A stretch of DNA of 44,040 nt from Candidatus Woesearchaeota archaeon (lineage in GTDB: Archaea; Nanobdellota; Nanobdellia; Woesearchaeales; GW2011-AR4): contig JAHFQA010000004.1 of the NCBI GenBank assembly GCA_023266475.1, positions 1 to 44,040 on the forward strand, written 5' to 3'. Made by a program: the position numbers and the translations under genes. Positions 9,827 through 18,072 of the stretch are shown one piece after another (within the stretch, counting starts at the first letter, position 1; every line of letters starts with the position of its first letter). The notes beneath the pieces were generated by a model, which was not told the DNA's origin, did not search any database, and saw nothing but the letters and a program-made list of their open reading frames with translations.

Positions 9827-9894
9827 TTTAATTTATTTAATAGTTTAGGTATTAATCCCTTTAACTGTTACCTAAGGATCTTAAAAAATAATTA

Positions 9895-9960
9895 TGCGTA
9901 GAATTTGCATTCCACGCACACTCTCTGCAAATATGACTTATTGCGAGCATGCGCAGCTGG
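9895..9960. repeat. GC-rich hairpin element, probable member of a dispersed repeat family
   Basis: On the minus strand a 10-bp stem tgcgtggaat-GCAA-attctacgca; 'gcacactctctgcaaatatg' resembles 'gctcgctctctgccatacg' at ~26732. Confidence 0.55.
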
Positions 9961-10149
9961 TTTTGGTATAATTGCTATTTATTTAAACCTTGTGGTTTAT
10001 TTTCCATATTGCAACACTTTACTCGTAAAATGTTTTCTTTCAATATTAAAACAAAATAAATCTTGTGAGCTTTTTCACAAAGCATTTAAATCAAAAAATG
10101 GCTCGGATTTTTGCCGGCAATTAATTAAAACTCAAGGGAGGTGTCAGAT

Positions 10150-10197
10150 ATGGCAAAGAAGAAAAAAGAACAAATACAAGACCAATGCCAGTGCTAA
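10150..10197 (+). CDS. Putative 15-aa micropeptide MAKKKKEQIQDQCQC
   Basis: TTTAAA box at 10085-10090, GGAGGTG SD at 10137-10143 (6-nt spacing), tandem stops TAA TAG, T-rich tract ~10235-10255. Confidence 0.5.
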   Translation: MAKKKKEQIQDQCQC

Positions 10198-10468
10198 TAG
10201 CATTGAATTGACATTTATTTTAAATTATCTCCTTCTTTTATTTTTTTATTCTTTATATTAAGGGTGCTACTGTAAAGTTCTTCAGATAAGGTATTTAACA
10301 CTGTACAATCATTTCATATACCAATACTGATTATACTTATAGGTAAATGTTTTGTGAGGAGTTGGCAATAAGATTGAAGCAGAATTATAGATAAAAAACA
10401 TAACCAATCCATGTCTTGCCAGCATTTTGGCATAAATTTAAATATAAATTAAATAAATCAATCATAAA

Positions 10469-10888
10469 ATGCAAGTAAAAGACCTAAAGCCAAGGCAAGG
10501 CAATGTTGACATTATTGTTGATGTAGTTGATGTAGGCGAAGCCAGGGAATTCCAGAAGTTTGGAAAGCCAGGCAGAGTTTCAAATGCAATTGCTAAGGAC
10601 GAAACAGGCGACATAAAGCTTACATTATGGAATGAAGATATTGAAAGAGTTCATTCCGGCGACAAAGTTCATTTGACAAACGGATACGTCAACGAATGGC
10701 AAGGGGAGATGCAGCTTACAACAGGAAGGATGGGCAAATTGGAAATTGTGGGTAAAGCAGATGCCGAGTTGAATAAAGGGCCAGATTCTACAATAAGAAC
10801 CAATATTCCGACAGAAAAAAGCGATGACGAAGAAATTAATGTTGAAGAAGAAGATGTAGAAGATGCCAATGATGATGAAGAGATTTAA
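10469..10888 (+). CDS. ssb: Single-stranded DNA-binding protein (single OB fold, archaeal SSB/RPA type) with acidic tail
   Basis: 'KDETGDIKLTLWNE', 'NGYVNEWQGEMQLTTGRMG', D/E-rich C-terminus. Confidence 0.9.
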   Translation: MQVKDLKPRQGNVDIIVDVVDVGEAREFQKFGKPGRVSNAIAKDETGDIKLTLWNEDIERVHSGDKVHLTNGYVNEWQGEMQLTTGRMGKLEIVGKADAELNKGPDSTIRTNIPTEKSDDEEINVEEEDVEDANDDEEI

Positions 10889-10959
10889 TTATTTCATTTC
10901 TTGAATGGTATTTTCTCAATAATCTTTCTAATAAAAATTAAATTCATGAAACACAAATA

Positions 10960-10974
10960 GAAAGTATTTTAAAT
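10960..10974 (+). promoter_or_regulatory. BRE/TATA promoter of the tRNA-Phe gene
   Basis: gaaagtaTTTTAAAT about 25 nt upstream of GG at 10997-10998 (predicted start). Confidence 0.6.
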
Positions 10975-11011
10975 TATTATCTTGTTCTTGATTTTTGGTT
11001 GGGCAGCTTAT

Positions 11012-11220
11012 GGGGATTCTATAAGCATTGTTTATAGGACCAGAACGGTAGCTCAGCCTGAGAAGGAAGCTAAAAGTCTTCGGCTATGGAGAGCACACAA
11101 CTTTTGATGTTGGCTTAAACGGCTGAAGACCGTGGTGAAAGGTTCACGTTTAGTGTACTTCCACAATCATGGATTCAAAACAACCTTAAAAAAGGTTTGC
11201 TGAAAGTTCCATCCGCCCCA
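11012..11220 (+). tRNA. tRNA-Phe(GAA) interrupted by five BHB-type introns
   Basis: Exons 11012-11015, 11046-11060, 11088-11096, 11119-11137, 11167-11179, 11207-11220 join to a 74-nt cloverleaf GGGGCGG TA GCTC AGCCTGGGA GAGC A CACGG CT GAA GA CCGTG GTGTC ATGGA TTCAAAT TCCAT CCGCCCC A with all four stems fully Watson-Crick paired; introns of 30, 27, 22, 29 and 27 nt each fold into a bulge-helix-bulge-like junction; CCA not encoded; T7 tract follows. Confidence 0.9.
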
Positions 11221-11229
11221 TTTTTTTAA

Positions 11230-13404
11230 TCAACCTACAGTTGCTACCAGAATTCTTCCAGCAATTATATTAAACAATAGCATTACAGACCCTGATATAA
11301 AAACATAAAGCAAAGTGCTTCTGATTAAATTATTCCCAAGTTGGTACCTCTCGTTTAACTTATCAGAGCCGTTTTCAACGCCGTTTGCAATAACGGTCAA
11401 TATAAAAGTGATTTGCACAACATAAATTCCCACTATAAGCTGAAAGTAGTATGTCGGAATGCCTTCTCCAAATAATCCAAGAATTCCAGTTGGAGCAGCT
11501 GCACCTTCGCCGCCGACATTTGAAGTGACTTGCTGCAATGAAGTGCTTAACTTTCCCAGAATTGTGGTAATCATAGAAGTAATTCCAATGACAACGCCAG
11601 CAATTGCAGGCGTCAAAAACTTAATCTGGGAATGCATTGAGGAAATTATGTCAGCCATCAGGTCTTTTAGCCTCTCATTAACCTTGTGAATTTCTTTGAT
11701 ATACCTTGCAACATTAGTCAATGCCTGCGCAGCAATCAAAGGGCCCTTTTTTATTGCCTGTGTCAAAACTTTCATAGAACTCTCAATCAAATTGCTTGGA
11801 AATGAAACTAACGCGCCATGCATTGGATCAAATATTGCTTTATCAATACTCATTCCTAATCTTCTTATGTTTAAACTTACCAACTGGAAAAAGCTTCCTG
11901 AAACTGTCCCTTCCATGATATCAGCGACTTTGCCAACAGCAATTTCAACAGGAAGATTGTCTCCAAGCCTATTTCCAAGCTGAAACAAGGCGCTTGCAAA
12001 CTCAAGCTCAAGCTGCTTTGCTTTCTCCCTTATTTTAATGATATTTTTTGACTTAAGCCTGTAATATAATCCAATTGCAAGCCCAAAGCTTAAAGGAATA
12101 AAAAGGCTTGCTAATGCTGCGCCCAAACCATAAGGGCCCCTGTTAAGTGAATCTCCCCTGTATTCCAAAAAGCAATATTTCTGCTTGCACGACGACGTTA
12201 AATCATCTCCGCCAATCCCAAAATCAGGAATTCCCAATGCATGGAATATTAAAGGGCTCAATCCAATCAAAAAAAATAAAACTCCAACAAAAATACTAAT
12301 AATCATTGGAGTAACCTGCAATTCCTGGTTTCCAATTCTTATTATTAGATTTCTGTATTTTTTCAGCTCTGGGTTTTCCTCGGCAATATCGGTATCGCCG
12401 TAGCCAGTTGGCCTTTTAGATAGAATATTTTTTCCAAGATAATATACAACAACTGTTAAAATTACGTTGTAGATAACTGCAAGATGGTACCATTGCACCT
12501 CTTCCATAAAGCTCACAACTAGAGGCAAGATTACTAAGCCAAGGATTGGCAGTATTATTCCAAGCATATGCAGCATCGTAATCGGATTTTGAAGGTTGTG
12601 TGTATAATGAAGCATTTTTTCATAGGTTTCGTCAAGAATCACATCCAATGATTTGTCTAAAGCATTTAACCTCCTCGACTCGTCACCTTCATACAGAGAA
12701 CTCTCAATTAAGTGAAAGGCTTCAATAAACTCAAGATTCCACTTTTTCCATGTTTCAAGGTACATATCAAGGGATTCCTTTACAGAGGAATATTTTTCTG
12801 TCTCGACATCCCACAGCACTTTTTTCAAATCAAGCGACAATGGAGGCGAAAGGTGCTGGCTTGCGAATTCAATTGCATTTTCAAGGTTAGAGGTATGCCT
12901 CATATAGGTCACAGTGTAGAATACGCAAAGAACCATTTGGTTGCTTGCCTTCAGGCGCCAGTTATTTGCAAGAAACTCAGGAATTTTTCCACATGGCCTT
13001 ATCATAACCAATGCCCCAATCAAAAATAAAAAAACAAAAAATGTTGACTGGAATATCAAGTATGCAAGCAATGGAATAAAAATTGCAATAACCGAAGGAA
13101 GCAAAAATGAAAAGGAAACTGCTCCTGAAGGCGTTATCTTAAGGTGAATGATGTCGATTGCCTCCTGTAATTCATTTGCCCTTTGTTGCCCGGGCTTTAT
13201 CCTCAGGATTTTCTCGCTTAGGTTGCATAATTTCTCGTACAAACTCATGTGTTTAGGCAAAAATTCTGCCTTGAATTCTTGGTATTCCCTAGTTGTGGGC
13301 TGAGGCGCAGATTTTTCGAATTTTGCTCCCAGCTCTTTCTCCAAGTGCCTCTTATAAATCTCCATCAATGACAGAAGCTTTTGCTTATCTAATTCCGATG
13401 GCAT
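11230..13404 (-). CDS. Type IV pilus/Tad/T2SS membrane platform protein (TadB/TadC/ArlJ-like, long form)
   Basis: 724 aa polytopic membrane protein with two soluble+TM repeats, immediately downstream of a secretion ATPase. Confidence 0.8.
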   Translation of the reverse strand: MPSELDKQKLLSLMEIYKRHLEKELGAKFEKSAPQPTTREYQEFKAEFLPKHMSLYEKLCNLSEKILRIKPGQQRANELQEAIDIIHLKITPSGAVSFSFLLPSVIAIFIPLLAYLIFQSTFFVFLFLIGALVMIRPCGKIPEFLANNWRLKASNQMVLCVFYTVTYMRHTSNLENAIEFASQHLSPPLSLDLKKVLWDVETEKYSSVKESLDMYLETWKKWNLEFIEAFHLIESSLYEGDESRRLNALDKSLDVILDETYEKMLHYTHNLQNPITMLHMLGIILPILGLVILPLVVSFMEEVQWYHLAVIYNVILTVVVYYLGKNILSKRPTGYGDTDIAEENPELKKYRNLIIRIGNQELQVTPMIISIFVGVLFFLIGLSPLIFHALGIPDFGIGGDDLTSSCKQKYCFLEYRGDSLNRGPYGLGAALASLFIPLSFGLAIGLYYRLKSKNIIKIREKAKQLELEFASALFQLGNRLGDNLPVEIAVGKVADIMEGTVSGSFFQLVSLNIRRLGMSIDKAIFDPMHGALVSFPSNLIESSMKVLTQAIKKGPLIAAQALTNVARYIKEIHKVNERLKDLMADIISSMHSQIKFLTPAIAGVVIGITSMITTILGKLSTSLQQVTSNVGGEGAAAPTGILGLFGEGIPTYYFQLIVGIYVVQITFILTVIANGVENGSDKLNERYQLGNNLIRSTLLYVFISGSVMLLFNIIAGRILVATVG

Positions 13405-13470
13405 AAGTTAGAAATTTTCCATTCACCTCTTTTTCTAATCATTTTATTTGCTATTCTATAAAACACAAAA

Positions 13471-15774
13471 TCAAAGCTTGCTGTGGAAATCCATCTTTTT
13501 GACATGTCTTTTAAGCCATTCATTCCATTCAAAAAAAATTCTTTTTGAGTCAGGAGTGCCAACTTCTTCCTTTATCTTTTCAGAGAGCTTGTGGAACTGA
13601 TCATTGCTTTGTATTACAAAATCTGCCTCAAGCAAATCAGGGTTATTGCTTTTTGCTGAGAAGTCAACCAAAGTTTCCTTTATTTTTGCCCTTAAGGTTA
13701 TGTTATCCCAAACACCATCCCAATTGCCTGCCCATTCCTTTACATTGCCAGCAATTGCCTTAAGAATTTCAGAGTCTCCATTAATAAGCTCCTCGCTTGT
13801 TTGAAGCTCGTCTTTTTTAGAGTCATATTTCATCAGATCTACAAATCCTTTCTCCACTAAAGGATCTTCCTCCCAATGCTTTCTTACTTCTGTAATTTGT
13901 GTAACTCTTCTCCACCGATGCAAGCCGTCTGCGCTTCTCACAGGATTTGCGACTACAATTACATCTGTTGCCTTAAAGCTTGTTCTCGGCACTTGCAGGT
14001 CATTAACAACCCTGTCAAATACTCCGTAAGGTGAATCGCCATGAATTGTTCCAGCTACTATATTAGCAAGTGCTCCAATTCTCATTGCTTCATATAAGGC
14101 AAGCGCTTCCTTGCTCCTTATTTCTCCTATTATCAGGGCAGAATCCCCCATCCTTAACGTTGCCCTAATCCCTTCATCTGCAGGAACTTCGCTTGTTCCT
14201 CTTGTCAAGGCAGCAGCTATTTTCAGAGACTGAATATTATAGCCCAATTTTCTTAACGAATCTGTCGGTAATTCCAAAGTATCTTCTATTGTGATAACAC
14301 GATATTTTCTCATTAGCTCAACCAAGACTGCACCAAGCAAGCTTGTTTTTCCAGCACTCCTTGTTCCTGCAATTAGCATAGATCTTGAGCCATCTATCAA
14401 AAAGCTCAAAATTCCAGCTGCTAAAGGATTCATCATCTTATTTTTTATGTATAGCGGCAAAGTCCATGGCTTGTCACGGTGCCTTCTGAAAGCATATGCT
14501 AATCCGCTTGGATTTAAGGGAGGTGCAACTACCGCAATTCTAGCGTTTGCTCCTGGAATGCTCAGCTCTGTATCAAGAATTGGATTTGCTTCATCCAAAG
14601 GCCTTCCTGAAATCAACCTGAGTTTTGATGCCCAAGACTCAGCTTCCAGAAAAGTCGGGACAATGTTTGTCTTGCAGTCTGCATAATCCTGATGCACTAT
14701 AAACATTGGATTTTCTCCCATTGGAGAGTTTATTGTAATGTCCTGAACTTTCTCGTCCTGTAAAAGCACCTCAATCAATCCAAATCCAACTGTGTACCTT
14801 ACTAAAATTTTAGTCATCTCATCAATCTCCGCTGATGTCACCTTCAAATTTCGGTAATTGACAAGCTCCTCAATCAAATCAGAGCCAATGTTGTAAAATA
14901 CCTGCCTCATCCTTTCAGGATCAATAAATTCCTGCCTCGTGGGCTTGTGCTCTGCCATAATCTTTCTTGCAGTGTCAACAATTTCATATTTCTCTTCGCT
15001 AAGCTTGAATTCCGGCGGCATTAAATGGTATAAATATTGAACATTATCTGGCAATTCAAAAATTGTGACTTCTGTGTTCCTGTCTATATTGTAGCTGTCA
15101 ATTTCCTCGCCATCAGAAGGAAAATTAGCCATCAGTTTCGTAAACATAAAATCAGGCCTGATGTCAGGAGTGAATAGCCGTCTGTAAACAGTGCGCTCAT
15201 TCACCTTGTAGCCTGACAAATAAGGCTTCGCAGCTTCTATTATCTTGGTTTTTTCCATCAAGCTCATCAAAAATTGCAGAACTGAAGCAAATTTCTTTGA
15301 GCATTGCGAATAAGCCTGATCAAGCGATCTGTCACTTTTAATTTTTTCATCCCTTAATGCTCTCTTGAGCTCAACATATGCCCCTATTGGATCTCTTTTT
15401 AGCAGGTCTCCAATAGTCTCTTGAATTATTGCATACCACCGTGCAGCCCATCTGGAGCAATTCGGGTCTGCCAAAAAATTAGTGTAACTTAATAAATCCC
15501 TTTTCTTTGTGAGTTGTGAATAGAGTTTAGCAATCTCCTGAACCATTAGAACTTGGTTGTAATCATACTCATAATTCCTCTTTTGAGTGTAAACAATTTT
15601 TGTAACATTTCCAGCTTCTGCAAGTATGTCAACAGTCCTTGACATGCACACAGGGTCATCTTCCAAAGAGGGTATCTGATTGTATTGCTCTAAATCAATC
15701 AGAAGTATTGTTTCCTCGCCCTCCCTAAGTACATCATATGTAAATGGTTTTTTTGTTTCTCCAAATAATGCCAT
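13471..15774 (-). CDS. Type II/IV secretion (TadA/VirB11/ArlI-like) ATPase
   Basis: Walker A 'GTRSAGKT', Asp box 'TIEDTLEL', Walker B 'IIGEIR', His box 'GTIHG'; long N-terminal extension. Confidence 0.92.
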   Translation of the reverse strand: MALFGETKKPFTYDVLREGEETILLIDLEQYNQIPSLEDDPVCMSRTVDILAEAGNVTKIVYTQKRNYEYDYNQVLMVQEIAKLYSQLTKKRDLLSYTNFLADPNCSRWAARWYAIIQETIGDLLKRDPIGAYVELKRALRDEKIKSDRSLDQAYSQCSKKFASVLQFLMSLMEKTKIIEAAKPYLSGYKVNERTVYRRLFTPDIRPDFMFTKLMANFPSDGEEIDSYNIDRNTEVTIFELPDNVQYLYHLMPPEFKLSEEKYEIVDTARKIMAEHKPTRQEFIDPERMRQVFYNIGSDLIEELVNYRNLKVTSAEIDEMTKILVRYTVGFGLIEVLLQDEKVQDITINSPMGENPMFIVHQDYADCKTNIVPTFLEAESWASKLRLISGRPLDEANPILDTELSIPGANARIAVVAPPLNPSGLAYAFRRHRDKPWTLPLYIKNKMMNPLAAGILSFLIDGSRSMLIAGTRSAGKTSLLGAVLVELMRKYRVITIEDTLELPTDSLRKLGYNIQSLKIAAALTRGTSEVPADEGIRATLRMGDSALIIGEIRSKEALALYEAMRIGALANIVAGTIHGDSPYGVFDRVVNDLQVPRTSFKATDVIVVANPVRSADGLHRWRRVTQITEVRKHWEEDPLVEKGFVDLMKYDSKKDELQTSEELINGDSEILKAIAGNVKEWAGNWDGVWDNITLRAKIKETLVDFSAKSNNPDLLEADFVIQSNDQFHKLSEKIKEEVGTPDSKRIFFEWNEWLKRHVKKMDFHSKL

Positions 15775-16073
15775 TGACTTTCCTCTTTTTTGAAATTAAT
15801 TTTTTATTGAATTTATTTCATTGTTTTATCTTTTAGTATTTTATTGGTTCATTAAAATTTTGTTTAATTTTTAATTTTTAATGTATTTTTTGTCCAATAT
15901 AGTTCTGAATTGATTTTTATGAATGTGAATTTTATGCTTATTGTTATTATTTGCAACCATTCCTAGCGCATTACACGTCTTTGCCATTAATTCTATAATA
16001 TTGAAAAAATATTGAATTTTCCTCTAATTATCAACCGTCATTAAAATTTGTCGTAAATGTTAATTTCATCAAT

Positions 16074-16217
16074 TTATTTTTCTTTTTTTGACTTAAGCAT
16101 TTCAATTGCAAATTCTATCAAATGAGACTTATTCCTGTATTTTCTATTATCATTGACCTCTTTTTCAATCCAAATGATTAAGTCTTGGTCAATTGTGGCG
16201 CTGATTGGTTTTTTCAT
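16074..16217 (-). CDS. Ribbon-helix-helix (CopG/Arc/MetJ-like) protein, 47 aa
   Basis: Manual translation MKKPISATIDQDLIIWIEKEVNDNRKYRNKSHLIEFAIEMLKSKKEK; beta-strand 'ISATID' and 'NKSHLIE.A' RHH signature. Confidence 0.8.
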   Translation of the reverse strand: MKKPISATIDQDLIIWIEKEVNDNRKYRNKSHLIEFAIEMLKSKKEK

Positions 16218-16351
16218 TATAGCTGTATATTATAAAATATATTTTATATTATTTTCTATAGTTTATATTAGATTATAATATATTTGGTATTTAAAGTTTG
16301 TGGTTTGAAATTGGTAAATTTTATATAACAAAGATAAGTAACAATATATAT

Positions 16352-17188
16352 ATGCGTAAAACCAAAATCTGTGCCGTGCAATTTCAAGTGTATCAAAATT
16401 TCAGCAAGAATATTAACAGAGTGGAGCAATTCTTTAAAAAAGCAAACAAAAACAATTGTGATATAATATGTTTTCCTGAAGTGTTTTTGACAGGAGGGCT
16501 AGGCAAAAAAAAATACGATCAAAAAATCCCACTCGAATCAAAAAAATTATTTTCAAAGTTGTCAAAAAAATATGGAATTTATTCTATAATGGGTTCAATT
16601 ATAGAAAAAATCCACTGGAATTTCTATAATATTAGTTATTTGTTTGGCAATACTGGAAATATCATCGGCAATTACAAAAAAAATCATCTGGTCCAAAAAT
16701 CAGAAGGAAAGTATATTACATCAGGCAGTGATATTCCAGTTTTCAGGACCAAAATTGGCAATATAGGAATTCAAATTTGCAGGGACCTGCTCTATCCTGA
16801 AATAACAAGAAGAATGCTGCTTAAAGGTGCAGAATTAGTATTCTGCCCTTCATTCTGGAGTGCAAAATCCTCATCTTATGATTGGATTTACAACAATAAA
16901 TATTTCAAGAATAAAACTCCAAAAGAAGTTGGTGCCTTGGTTTCTGCAAGGGCAATTGAAAGCGAGGCAATATTTGTTTATGTCAACGCTGCGGGAATTT
17001 ATAATTCCAATAAAAGAAAGGATATTTTGCTAGGAAAAACCCAAATTGCATTGCCATTTTACGGTACGGTAAGCATCCTAAACAATAATAAGGAAAGGAC
17101 CCTTATCAAAGAAGTTGATTTAAGCATTGTAAAAGATGCTAAAAAAGTATACAAAATTCAAGAGGATTTAAAGGATTATTACCTCTAA
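16352..17188 (+). CDS. Carbon-nitrogen hydrolase (nitrilase superfamily)
   Basis: Glu-Lys-Cys triad motifs 'CFPEVF', 'YKKNHL', 'QICRDLLYPE'; likely start ATG 16352. Confidence 0.9.
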   Translation: MRKTKICAVQFQVYQNFSKNINRVEQFFKKANKNNCDIICFPEVFLTGGLGKKKYDQKIPLESKKLFSKLSKKYGIYSIMGSIIEKIHWNFYNISYLFGNTGNIIGNYKKNHLVQKSEGKYITSGSDIPVFRTKIGNIGIQICRDLLYPEITRRMLLKGAELVFCPSFWSAKSSSYDWIYNNKYFKNKTPKEVGALVSARAIESEAIFVYVNAAGIYNSNKRKDILLGKTQIALPFYGTVSILNNNKERTLIKEVDLSIVKDAKKVYKIQEDLKDYYL

Positions 17189-17279
17189 AAATTTCCAACA
17201 AAAGCATAATTTCTTTATATTTTAATCATAGTTAATTCTTGAGTAAACTTTTATATACTACCTAGCCATCAGCTTCTGG

Positions 17280-18071
17280 ATGAAAATTAAAAACAGCATA
17301 AAAAACTCATTGTTTATCAGAAGTTTTTATCTTGCCAAATCAAATCCAAATAAAATTGGGCTTATGATTTTATTTGATGCCATGTTTTTAGCATCTCTTT
17401 TTGCCATGTCAAAACTGGGCACTTATTTTGCCCAATTGCTGTTTGTACCCCAGCCATCCGCATCCCTTTATATGCTCATTATATTGACACTAATTTATTA
17501 TCTGATAATACTGATTGCATATTCATTCTTTAAATATTGTGTTCTGGACTTTATAAAATCCTTATTTGGAAGCACCTCTTTTTCCTTCAGAAGGCTTGAC
17601 CAGTTTTGCGTACTTAACATTATGATTTCAGCAATATTCTTCGCCATAATGTTGGTTTTCAACGCCATTTTGTCAGGCATTAAAGAGTCATTTGCTCCAT
17701 TCATCTTTGTTTTTTTGGCTGTGCCTTATCTATTAATATTGTATTTAACAGCGAACATTTCCCAATCATTATTTTATCAAGAATCATCAGCAAAAATATC
17801 CGTCAAAAAAGGTTTAAAAATTATTTTTACAAACATAAAAAGCTACAGAGAAACTATTCTGATTATGATTTTATTTGCATTGTTTTTCGGGCTTTTGTTC
17901 CTAGGCGGCGGTTATCTTATAAGAACTCTAACTTCTAAAAATTACAGCCTGTATTTAGCCTTGTATTCCTATTCCAAGAAAATTTCCATAATAATATTTG
18001 AGGTAGCACTATATGTGATAATATTAATAAACAGGATTTCATTTTACTCAATAGCAAATCAAGGTAAATAA
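17280..18071 (+). CDS. Hypothetical multi-pass membrane protein
   Basis: About 6 hydrophobic segments; stop 1 nt before lgt start. Confidence 0.75.
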   Translation: MKIKNSIKNSLFIRSFYLAKSNPNKIGLMILFDAMFLASLFAMSKLGTYFAQLLFVPQPSASLYMLIILTLIYYLIILIAYSFFKYCVLDFIKSLFGSTSFSFRRLDQFCVLNIMISAIFFAIMLVFNAILSGIKESFAPFIFVFLAVPYLLILYLTANISQSLFYQESSAKISVKKGLKIIFTNIKSYRETILIMILFALFFGLLFLGGGYLIRTLTSKNYSLYLALYSYSKKISIIIFEVALYVIILINRISFYSIANQGK

Positions 18072-18072
18072 A

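Noticed and set aside
9905-10261. 118-aa plus-strand ORF from the track
   Set aside because: TTG start within a hairpin repeat, no protein-like features, and it overlaps a better supported promoter/SD/micro-ORF unit
10997-11011. Possible sixth intron or alternative 5' exon using GGG at 11001-11003
   Set aside because: No BHB register gives the required GGGGCGG acceptor strand; the segment is better explained as a leader pairing with exon 2
15870-15987. ~38-codon minus-strand ORF (MAKTCNALG...) between the RHH gene and the ATPase
   Set aside because: Low complexity, AT-rich, no recognisable motif
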